From NCBI GenBank assembly GCA_049969675.1, contig JBMFOP010000030.1, forward strand, positions 1-32,313: a DNA stretch of 32,313 nucleotides, read 5' to 3'. This DNA is from Myxococcota bacterium (GTDB lineage: Bacteria > Myxococcota > SpSt-1050). Below are positions 1 through 8,546 of this stretch, one piece after another. The notes beneath the pieces are model-generated. The model was not told where the DNA came from and made no database searches. It saw nothing but the letters and a program-made list of their open reading frames with translations. Every line of letters starts with the position of its first letter. The stretch's first letter is position 1. A program made the translations under genes and the position numbers.

Positions 1-355
1 ATTAAGTAATATGTATGTAGGAGTAAAAACTCAAATTTCCACATTAGGGTCTTATTACTCAGAATAAAAGAGTCCGATATACAAAAGATATAAAAGGATT
101 TTATTACATAAAGGATAGATGCCTGACGAATATTTTCCCCAACTTTATAACAAAAGTTATCGTCTGTAAATAGAGAGCAACCTTTTGAGTGAATATAGTA
201 TTCTGGATGTGCTAATAAAGATAAGTGAGAGGTTTTTAATCCGCTTAATAGCCCTTGAAATAGCCAGACAAACGAGGAGATTGATAGAAAAAAAGAGACC
301 ATCATATTACTTAAAAATTGGGAAGTTAGGGATTAGTATCTTTGGACAAATCTAT

Positions 356-528
356 GATTGCGTAAGCAAATTTTTTAGTTGGAATAAGAAAACCTCATGG
401 TTAGAGAAGCAAACCACTTTGTGGTTGGTGAAACAAACTGATTTTCAGCTGGTGAAACAAACTTTTGGTTGGTGAAAAGCAGAACTCCTCGCGATTAGCA
501 AAGAAAATTTTTAATTGGCAAATCAAAT
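356..528. repeat. Degenerate non-coding direct-repeat array, ~8 units of consensus GGTTGGTGAAACAAAC with 4-8 nt linkers
   Basis: Units start near 356, 377, 399, 423, 447, 467, 493 and 513. Best copies: ggttagagaagcaaac (399), ggttggtgaaacaaac (423), agctggtgaaacaaac (447), ggttggtgaaaagcagaac (467). Outer copies are degenerate. Confidence 0.6.
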
Positions 529-641
529 TCAAATAAAATTCTATAGATTTTTTTACAGGGCAGTATATGAGACGAAGGCTGATTAGGGAGCAAAGGGATT
601 TAGTTGTTGGGGACAATTTGTAGTGATGTTATTTTGCCAAT

Positions 642-3600
642 CTATTCAGTCAGTCTATTTACATAGTAATTTTTCCTGTAAAGGTCAGGGACTCTTCCTC
701 TCTTCTGCTTTGAGATATTATAGATAGCAGTTTTAATAATATGATTGATATCACCTTCACCATCATAGAACAGATTCAGGATACAGGCATTATATTCCTT
801 CTGAATTCTCTCAAAAACACCGCTTGAGATGGTGCCGGGCATACAGTTAAATGGGGACACATTGATGATAAGGGAGACTCCACTCTTAATAAATTCAATG
901 GCGCGGCCAATAGTAATTATCGTCTCCCCCTCAAATAATTTACTTACATACCTTGAGCCCAATTCAATAGTCTCGCTTACATCCGGTTCCACTCTATTAG
1001 CCAGTATTGGCAGCGTAATATTAAAGAATTCTCTCTCAGTCATTCTGAAAAACTGCTTAAATAAGATCGCCTTTGTAATACTCAAGGGGTCCTTCTCCCT
1101 CAACCCTTCCTGCTGGAAGAAAAGACGCATCTCAGAGACATAATGAAACCACTCGGACAATGGAGTAAGCCATACCTCAGCGCCAGCCTCTTCTACATAT
1201 CTTATCAGTTTCTGATTTGAGAATGGCTCTGACCTTACATAAATCTCACCCATCACACCTACAATTGGGAGATTTCTGCTCTTATCAATAGATATCTTAG
1301 AAAAATCCTCAACAGCCTCTCTCATAATCTCAAAAAGGTTCATATCCCTCTCTATCCCTCTCTCAAATGTCTTGATATATCGGGATAGCACCTTATCTGT
1401 TGTGCCCTTTATCGTCTCATAAGGCCTAATTTTCATTGCCATCTTATAAAGTAGGTCGCCAATAATCACAGAGTACCAGAGGCGCATTCTTAGACTTACG
1501 GAGAGTCCTCTATAAGTATTGTATGCGGCAGGGGAGATAATTATTATATCTTCTATCCCCGCCTTCTTAAGGGCTATCTCTGAGAGGATTGCATACTGTC
1601 CAAATCTACAGGGACCGGTTGCTGTGGGCATAAAGTATGCGAGTTCGGACGGCAGATATCCCGATCTATTTATAAAATCAAGTAGTGAACCCAGCGTTAC
1701 TATCATCGGAAGACACTCAGAACCGCGTGTATACATCTTCCCTATATTAAAGGATTCATAAGTAGTCTCTGGAAGAGGAAGTGACCTATATCCCTCACAT
1801 CTGAATGAGGCTGCAAATAATCTACTCGTTATCTCATGCATCGGAGGAATCAGGACTATTCTCTCAGAAAGCGGTTTTGTTGTATTCCTTGCAGTATTGA
1901 GAGATACAGGCTCTCCACTCTCAGATTTGAGCACCTCTGCAAACGCCTCAATGCGGGTCTGATATCCTGCATCAGCTCCATGCTCATCTATCTCCAGAAT
2001 AAGCATAGGTTTCGAAGCCATTATATCTTCTGCAATAGAGAGGAGAAATGAATCCGGTCCACACTTAAAATTTGAGATATAGACTGCATTGAGCCTCTTA
2101 TTTCTTGCGACATTTATAAGTGCCGAAATGATCCTCTGCCCATATTCCCAGTAGATATTCTCAAAACGTCCTTTCAATAGATTAATATCAAATGGAACCA
2201 TATCAATAGGAATTACCTTAAATCCAAGTTGTGCAATCTTTGCGGGGATTGAGAGGTTTACATCTCCATCTATACTATTATAAGGCCTCCCTATTACCAC
2301 TATCGCCCTCTCATCCTCCTTAAGGGATGAGATAATCTCCTTCCCTTTCTCTTCAAGTGCCCTCTCTGTATCTCGTTGAATCTGCATAGCCTTTTCAAAG
2401 GCATCTTTCAACTTTAGATAGGTTATCTTTATATCCTTACTCTTTAGTTCTTCATAAATGAGATTCAGAATCTTCTCCTCTCTCATCCTCATATCAAGAG
2501 GAAATGAGATGAGCCTTTTTTCATCCTCTCCTCTCATTGCAAATATACTCTTTACCATTGAACCGAGCGATGAGAGATATGGGCAGAAGAGACTATTCGT
2601 GGTTACATTATTTCGCTCCTCTGATATCATATCGGGAACAAGGATAAAGTCAGTCCTGGCAACATCTACAAGATATCTAATATGCCCATGTGCCACTTTG
2701 ACTGGATAACAGAAATCAGAGGTAAGTACATAGGATCCCAATGAGAGAATCCCGCCATCCGTCCTTCTGGATATAACAGGTCTCATTCCAAGCAGTGCAA
2801 GGAGGTTGTAAAAGAAGGGCAGATAAGAATATGTGGAGAGTGCTCTCGGTATCCCTACTGTAAATCTATAATCCTTATTCACCGGTAGGAGTGAGTCTCT
2901 AATTATCTTCTCCCTGACATTATAAGGTTCATAATTGGGTGAGTGTCTTGAAACCGATTCATCCTCTTCCCTGCCACACATATATCCCCACGAAGAGATA
3001 GATTTGCCATTTTGACCTATTGCGGTAAATATCTGACATCTATTTGAACATAGCCTGCACTCCCTTTTTGAGACATTTATATCTGAATCTAAGAGTTCAA
3101 ATCCCCTAAATCTACTCTTAAAATTACTATAATTATGTCTCTGTTTTAAGATGACCGCTGCACCGTAAGCGCCATTTATATAACAGTATGGGCTCACATT
3201 TACTCTCACATTCAAGAGATTCTCGATCGCTGCCACAAGCCCTTTATTCCTCGCTGTGGCACCCATAAAGACGATATTCTCTCTATCAATCCGGCGATTT
3301 CCAACCACCTTTGTGAGATAATTCTGAATAATAGAATAGTGAACAGCCGCCAGTACCTCTTCCCTTGAATATCCTTCCTTCAATAACCTGTTGATATCCT
3401 GTTCCATAAATACAGTACATCTATCTGAGGTATATGGTGGTAAAATACCCTCAACCTTATTACCGACTTCATTTATATCAAATCCGAGCCTCTTTGCCTG
3501 TTCCTCAATAAATGAGCCTGTGCCAGCTGCACAGACATAGTTCATATTAGAATCCACCACCTTCTTATCTTCAATCCTTATATACTTTGAATCCTGTCCA

Positions 3601-4868
3601 CCAATCTCAAATATCGTCTTTACATCGGGGAAGAGAGATACTGCCCCCTCTGCGTGCGCGGTAATCTCATTGATTATCAAATCTGCGCCAAAGAGTTCGC
3701 CTATAAGTCTTCTTCCACTCCCTGTGGTTGCAAAACCGAGAATCTCAATTTCGGCATTATACCTCTTTTTTAAGGAGAGCATCGCAACAAAGAGTTTTTT
3801 TGCAGAAAGAATAGGCTCACCTGAAGTTTTACGATAGAAATCAGCAACTATCTTATTCTGTTTATCAACTATGGCACATTTTGTGCTTGTTGAACCTATA
3901 TCCATTCCCAAAAATACAGATACCTTTTTATTTGAGATATCCTCATATAGTCTTACCTCTGTCCCATCTACATCTACATATGAGGTCAGAGAGAGGTCCT
4001 CGGGGAATTGAGACAGATTCAGTCGGAGCGGTGGCCTCAACCTCTCTCCCTTTCTAATCGCACCGGTACTATTTAAGATTGCATAAATACTATCAAATGG
4101 ATAACCGCCATCTTTTAGTGTAAGTATTGCTGCACCAGCTGCACCAGAGACCTCTGAATTATCCGGTATAAAGACTCTTTCGCCAAGAACCTTTTTTAGC
4201 CAGTACATTACCTCGTTATTTAGAGTAAGTCCGCCGAGAATCAATATATCATCTTCTATCATCTTACCTCTAATAAGGGTCTGAAATATCGTTGTTGCAA
4301 GTCCTTTACAGAGCCCCGAATAACTCTCTTCCTTACTATAACCCTCCTGCTGCCTGTGTGTAATATCAGATTTGGCAAATACCGCGCATCTTGTTGCAAT
4401 AGATGGAGGATCTTCAATCCTCTTAAATTGTCTCACCATATCATAATTGAGGCCAAGCCTTGAGAGCTGTTCATCAACAAAAGAACCGGTACCTGCAGCA
4501 CAAAGCGAATTTGTAGCAATATTCTCAATCTCTCCTCTCTCATTCAGTCTTACATATGAGAGTGAACCAGCCCCAATATCAATAATATGCCTTATCCCTC
4601 CAGAGATGTGAGTTGCAAAGGCTATATTGCTCCCGATAATATCCAGCGGTCTTATATCATTTGAAATCCTTTTTAGTATCTCAGAGGCACTACCCGTAAT
4701 ATTAAAACTCTCTGGCTCAAATGAGCGAACCTCCTCAATAATATTTGCCAATGCCTTTATTGGCTCAAAGTAGTGTCTGATATACCACTTTCTTTCAATA
4801 TCCCCTTTTTTATTAATTATACATACCTTAACAAACATCATCCCTATATCAATTCCTAAGTATCTCAT
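642..4868 (-). CDS. Acyl-CoA dehydratase activase fusion (two BadF/BadG/BcrA/BcrD ASKHA ATPase domains + DUF2229 + dehydratase-like C-terminus)
   Basis: Motifs GMDIGSTSTK, NEITAH, EIGGQDSK, two CAAGTGSF, RCAVFAKSD/RCTVFMEQD, VGIPRAL, CYPVKVAHGH, NFKCGPDS, GPCRFGQY, PFNCMPG. 1408 aa. Confidence 0.9.
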   Translation of the reverse strand: MRYLGIDIGMMFVKVCIINKKGDIERKWYIRHYFEPIKALANIIEEVRSFEPESFNITGSASEILKRISNDIRPLDIIGSNIAFATHISGGIRHIIDIGAGSLSYVRLNERGEIENIATNSLCAAGTGSFVDEQLSRLGLNYDMVRQFKRIEDPPSIATRCAVFAKSDITHRQQEGYSKEESYSGLCKGLATTIFQTLIRGKMIEDDILILGGLTLNNEVMYWLKKVLGERVFIPDNSEVSGAAGAAILTLKDGGYPFDSIYAILNSTGAIRKGERLRPPLRLNLSQFPEDLSLTSYVDVDGTEVRLYEDISNKKVSVFLGMDIGSTSTKCAIVDKQNKIVADFYRKTSGEPILSAKKLFVAMLSLKKRYNAEIEILGFATTGSGRRLIGELFGADLIINEITAHAEGAVSLFPDVKTIFEIGGQDSKYIRIEDKKVVDSNMNYVCAAGTGSFIEEQAKRLGFDINEVGNKVEGILPPYTSDRCTVFMEQDINRLLKEGYSREEVLAAVHYSIIQNYLTKVVGNRRIDRENIVFMGATARNKGLVAAIENLLNVRVNVSPYCYINGAYGAAVILKQRHNYSNFKSRFRGFELLDSDINVSKRECRLCSNRCQIFTAIGQNGKSISSWGYMCGREEDESVSRHSPNYEPYNVREKIIRDSLLPVNKDYRFTVGIPRALSTYSYLPFFYNLLALLGMRPVISRRTDGGILSLGSYVLTSDFCYPVKVAHGHIRYLVDVARTDFILVPDMISEERNNVTTNSLFCPYLSSLGSMVKSIFAMRGEDEKRLISFPLDMRMREEKILNLIYEELKSKDIKITYLKLKDAFEKAMQIQRDTERALEEKGKEIISSLKEDERAIVVIGRPYNSIDGDVNLSIPAKIAQLGFKVIPIDMVPFDINLLKGRFENIYWEYGQRIISALINVARNKRLNAVYISNFKCGPDSFLLSIAEDIMASKPMLILEIDEHGADAGYQTRIEAFAEVLKSESGEPVSLNTARNTTKPLSERIVLIPPMHEITSRLFAASFRCEGYRSLPLPETTYESFNIGKMYTRGSECLPMIVTLGSLLDFINRSGYLPSELAYFMPTATGPCRFGQYAILSEIALKKAGIEDIIIISPAAYNTYRGLSVSLRMRLWYSVIIGDLLYKMAMKIRPYETIKGTTDKVLSRYIKTFERGIERDMNLFEIMREAVEDFSKISIDKSRNLPIVGVMGEIYVRSEPFSNQKLIRYVEEAGAEVWLTPLSEWFHYVSEMRLFFQQEGLREKDPLSITKAILFKQFFRMTEREFFNITLPILANRVEPDVSETIELGSRYVSKLFEGETIITIGRAIEFIKSGVSLIINVSPFNCMPGTISSGVFERIQKEYNACILNLFYDGEGDINHIIKTAIYNISKQKRGRVPDLYRKNYYVNRLTE

Positions 4869-4897
4869 ACAGGATTACCTTCCACAGAAAATAAGAC

Positions 4898-4932
4898 CAT
4901 AGGTTTTTTATCACATAAAAACTATGAGTCAA
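4898..4932 (-). promoter_or_regulatory. Candidate promoter (TTGACT -35) overlapped by an imperfect inverted repeat, upstream of the activase gene
   Basis: Minus strand reads TTGACT-CATAGTTTTTAT-GTG-ATAAAAAACCTATG; inverted repeat at 4898-4926; the -10 match is weak. Confidence 0.35.
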
Positions 4933-4953
4933 GCGCTAATATTTGGCTGGGGG

Positions 4954-4980
4954 AAAAAAAAGGCGGTAGAAGCTACCGCC
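4954..4980 (-). terminator. Rho-independent terminator of the vWA lipoprotein gene
   Basis: Minus strand GGCGGTAG-CTT-CTACCGCC followed by 8 T, 30 bp downstream of the stop codon at 5010. Confidence 0.85.
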
Positions 4981-5009
4981 CTGTAACATCTGACTGAAAT
5001 TTATCTAAT

Positions 5010-8000
5010 CTAATAGCACTGCGCCTCATAGGTAACAACAATTGTCGCACCTTTTGGAGGAACCGCATTTGCACCAAAGTAGATAGAGTTGTGGTCCGGG
5101 TCATATTGATAGCCATTTACCGGGTCCTTATTGACTGGCTGTCCATTGACCGTCACTTTAATTGTATTCGGGTCCGCAGGTCTTGAGAGATAATATTCCA
5201 CCTGAGCAGTCCATACATCAATCCCGAGTTCATTCAGCTTATCTCCCCAGGTTGTATCACATATAGAATATGCCCTGCCATTTCCAACCTTCTTCCAGAA
5301 GTCAAGGTATCGTTTTGCCGCATAGGCACCGTTACCATTCTGGGTATCCCCACAGTCTGTCGCATTTGGTGGATTTGAGATAGTGCCGTGCCTGTCCAGA
5401 CCACAGATGATATTTGCAGAGAGTAAATCCGTATTTCTTACACCTTTAATCTGTTTGAAGAAGTCCACATAATAATCTACACCTGCCGGGGATTGGTCAT
5501 CTTCATCCGAAAGCACAATCAGGGCAAGCTTTGAAAACTTTGTATTTGTATTTCTTAAAAATCCTTTATTCCCCTGTGGGTCATTTATGATCGGGTCAGA
5601 TAGTGCCATCTTCATAGCCTCAAGACAGGCCTCCTGCTCATCAGAGCAACAGGTTCCTACTGTGGCATTTGCTGCAAATGCCTTGTTAAAGTCGGTTGTA
5701 ACAGGGTCAAATGCAGGGTCCCTCGGTGCGGCTGGAGGATAGTTGGCAATAATCTTTGGATATCCACTCTTTGCATATAAAACGCCCGGATAGTTCATAA
5801 CACCATTTATCTTTTCTGGGTCATTTATCTCTGAGGTAATCACACCGATGTTGAAGTCAATCTTGTAATCACCTGTAACCGGGTCTTTCACCGTTGCATA
5901 ATTGGAAAACTTAGGGAAGTTCCCTGCGAGCATTGACTGCTCATCTCCCATTGAGCCAGAGTTGTCCACACACCACAGCACATCCACAATCGGCTTATCA
6001 GATTGTTTGAATGTATCGGTAACATTCTTATCGGGTGTCGCCTCACCTCTCAATGGAACCTCAACATAACCATTGTTGGCATTTGGTGCATCTGTCTGGA
6101 TCCTGAGCTTACCAGTCTCAACTCCACTCTGCACAGAAGGTCTGTATTTGATCTTGATGATAATTGAGGTATTGGGTTGAATGGTTGTGGCACCACCCGG
6201 CTTGGAAGTAATAATAAAAGGAGGACTTGAGACAGCAGAGATGTCAGGTCCTACCGTCAGCTGTGCGGTTCCATTATTATATAACTTTACAACAATCTCC
6301 TGTGAATTACAGCCATATGTTACAATACCGAAATCAATTGGATTGGGCAGTACATCAAGTCTTGAATTGACACCGGTACACTGCAGTTTTACACACCAGC
6401 CCGGTGAACTCTCCAAATTACAGGTCGGCTGATTTGATGCATTTGTCCCTATATAGAGGTAGTTATATGTTCCAAATGTATCTGGAATACCCATTGAGTT
6501 AGGGGCAGAACCAGTTCCAGTTGGACAACATTTGGATTCAATCTTTGTAAAATTGCCTACATCAACAGTGGTGCCATTATAATTTTTTAGTAGAGAGAAC
6601 CAGGGACCTGTCATCGTCCCCTTCTTTACAGTGTTAATCATACATATATCTGCACCTTTATTCTCCATCAATATGCTCTTTGTACTGCAGGCACCTTTTG
6701 CCACATTCCCGAAGTTGAGTGAGGAAGATGGAGTGACAGTAAACTGACAGGTGCCTTTCTGAATAACGGTCGCCTTCATATTGATTTTAATATTGCCGGA
6801 GCCATAGTTGACAGTCGCTGTATCTGTATATGTCCCAAGATTATTATCCGCCTGAAATCTAATAGTCACAATTCCTTTTTCACCGGGTTGAATCTTAAAT
6901 GCATAAGGGGAGATGATATTTGTCTGTTGACCTGTCTTATTCTCCTCAACCACTTTTGTTATTGAGAATTTATTACCTGTCAATCCTCCAATACTGACTA
7001 TATCACAATCAGCATTCCCGATGTTCAGTATATTAAATGATTGCTCCTTTGAGCCATTTTGCAAAACATTTCCGAAATCCAGAAAGTTTGGGTCAAGCTG
7101 AATCCTGCACTCAGGTGCGGTCTGGCAGTATCCATACATTCTGGCATAACCAACACCATTTGAGAGCGACGGGTCATTTGCAGAGATCTTAAGTTGTGCC
7201 ATATTAACTGAATCGGGAGATGAGCAGCTCTTCGGCTGATAAAAGACATTTGCATTTACAAACTGACCCGGCTGAAGTGTTATGGGTAGATTCTGACCAA
7301 CCCCTTCATAGCCAAAGTCACCCTCTGCATTATTTATAAACTCAATACTTGAAAGTATAAGTTCCTTTGTACCACAGGACAAGATCTTTATCTGTCCGGT
7401 TGATTTCTGACCCACTGTTGTCGTGGGGAAGGTCAGGTTAGATGGATCCACACATATCCTCGGTGCAATACCCTTGGCGGTCAACTTTACATAGACTGTA
7501 CTTAATACCCTGTCATCACTGACCACTTTAAGGGCGCCCACATCCTCACCACCTACAATTGCCCTGTATCTCACTGTTACAATCTGCGAATAACCGGTCT
7601 GGGGGTACTCATTGAGTGTCCCACTAAAAGAACCGGATGCCGGGTCAATCATATAAAATTCATTATTGCTACTTGTTTGAACCATACTATTAAAATCACA
7701 GTTTGATTTTGATTTGGGGCACTGAACTACATGTGCATCAATGATGTTTAGAGGATAGCCTCCCATATTCTTGATAATAAATTTTGCGGTTGCCTCCTTG
7801 TTTATATCCAGTTCACCAAAGTTCTTCTCCACACAGAAGGTAGGCTGCCCGTTTACCGGTGCACAACTGGACTGGCATTTTACCTCTTTATTATTCTCAT
7901 CCAGCAGACACACATCAAGGTCAGTCTTTGCGCCCTCTCCCTTTATCTTCACCACCACCTCACTCGTTTCACCTGTAGATTTATTCGTATAGTAAGAGAG

Positions 8001-8381
8001 GTGTAACTCAGCAGTATCAGCCCCAACCGCCAGAGGGGCATAGGATATATCTATTTTCTCAGACTTGCCAGATTGAATAACCATATCAGAGATGCTGTCA
8101 AGCCCCTTATTCCCAACCATTGCACTATAGGGCTTTGCCGTCTTGTGGGAGATCAACCTTATCTCTGCACCTGCAAAGCTCAGTTCTGCCTGACCTTTAT
8201 TGGTTATCTTAAGCTCTCTCTGCGCAGTAGAGCCTATAAGTACCTTCCCGAAATCGATCTCCTCGGCACTCGGTAAAGGCTCGGGTTTAATCTGTGTAAG
8301 TCCTGTTCCACTATCATCACATTGACAGGCAAATAACATCAGTGAAAACATTAAAAAACTTAGGAAGAAGACTCTTCTCAT
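5010..8381 (-). CDS. Surface lipoprotein with six choice-of-anchor-D/ASH-type Ig-like repeats and a C-terminal vWA (MIDAS) domain; putative adhesin
   Basis: Start reassigned to ATG 8381 (AAGGAGGT SD just upstream). Signal MRRVFFLSFLMFSLMLFAC ends in a lipobox Cys. Six repeats begin IDFG/KNFG/LTFP/LDFG/LNFG/IDFG. MIDAS VDNSGS, LIVLSDEDDQS and a small beta-rich C-terminal domain follow. Confidence 0.8.
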   Translation of the reverse strand: MRRVFFLSFLMFSLMLFACQCDDSGTGLTQIKPEPLPSAEEIDFGKVLIGSTAQRELKITNKGQAELSFAGAEIRLISHKTAKPYSAMVGNKGLDSISDMVIQSGKSEKIDISYAPLAVGADTAELHLSYYTNKSTGETSEVVVKIKGEGAKTDLDVCLLDENNKEVKCQSSCAPVNGQPTFCVEKNFGELDINKEATAKFIIKNMGGYPLNIIDAHVVQCPKSKSNCDFNSMVQTSSNNEFYMIDPASGSFSGTLNEYPQTGYSQIVTVRYRAIVGGEDVGALKVVSDDRVLSTVYVKLTAKGIAPRICVDPSNLTFPTTTVGQKSTGQIKILSCGTKELILSSIEFINNAEGDFGYEGVGQNLPITLQPGQFVNANVFYQPKSCSSPDSVNMAQLKISANDPSLSNGVGYARMYGYCQTAPECRIQLDPNFLDFGNVLQNGSKEQSFNILNIGNADCDIVSIGGLTGNKFSITKVVEENKTGQQTNIISPYAFKIQPGEKGIVTIRFQADNNLGTYTDTATVNYGSGNIKINMKATVIQKGTCQFTVTPSSSLNFGNVAKGACSTKSILMENKGADICMINTVKKGTMTGPWFSLLKNYNGTTVDVGNFTKIESKCCPTGTGSAPNSMGIPDTFGTYNYLYIGTNASNQPTCNLESSPGWCVKLQCTGVNSRLDVLPNPIDFGIVTYGCNSQEIVVKLYNNGTAQLTVGPDISAVSSPPFIITSKPGGATTIQPNTSIIIKIKYRPSVQSGVETGKLRIQTDAPNANNGYVEVPLRGEATPDKNVTDTFKQSDKPIVDVLWCVDNSGSMGDEQSMLAGNFPKFSNYATVKDPVTGDYKIDFNIGVITSEINDPEKINGVMNYPGVLYAKSGYPKIIANYPPAAPRDPAFDPVTTDFNKAFAANATVGTCCSDEQEACLEAMKMALSDPIINDPQGNKGFLRNTNTKFSKLALIVLSDEDDQSPAGVDYYVDFFKQIKGVRNTDLLSANIICGLDRHGTISNPPNATDCGDTQNGNGAYAAKRYLDFWKKVGNGRAYSICDTTWGDKLNELGIDVWTAQVEYYLSRPADPNTIKVTVNGQPVNKDPVNGYQYDPDHNSIYFGANAVPPKGATIVVTYEAQCY

Positions 8382-8405
8382 CTCTGACCTCCTTATCAAG
8401 TTTTG

Positions 8406-8435
8406 ATTATATCAAAAAGTGGAACCTGATGTCAA
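8406..8435 (-). promoter_or_regulatory. Consensus sigma70 promoter
   Basis: TTGACA (8435-8430), 18 nt spacer, TATAAT (8411-8406), with extended -10 TG. Confidence 0.8.
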
Positions 8436-8546
8436 TCTAATATGCATATTAAAGATATGAATTTTTATACCACGCTCATAGCCACCTTTTAGACAAAATA
8501 ATGACCAATATTTATTTAATGATTTCAAAGAGTTAATCACAAACCA

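Noticed and set aside
185..475. 96-aa ORF with WLVKQT-like repeats (and antisense ORF 401..616)
   Set aside because: TTG start without a clear SD and no recognisable family; the peptide repeats merely reflect the DNA repeat array, whose period is often not a multiple of 3.
356..528. Possible CRISPR array
   Set aside because: Units are ~16 bp and degenerate, linkers only 4-8 nt, and there are no cas genes in the window.
8382..8399. ORF-track starts at 8399, 15397, 18708, 20133 and 32046
   Set aside because: Downstream ATGs (8381, 15352, 18780, 20097, 32010) have better SD sequences, signal-peptide placement or coupling to the upstream stop.
8457..8472. Possible sigma54 promoter TGGTATAAAAATTCAT upstream of the adhesin
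   Set aside because: It lacks the invariant GC at -12, and a perfect sigma70 promoter lies closer to the gene.
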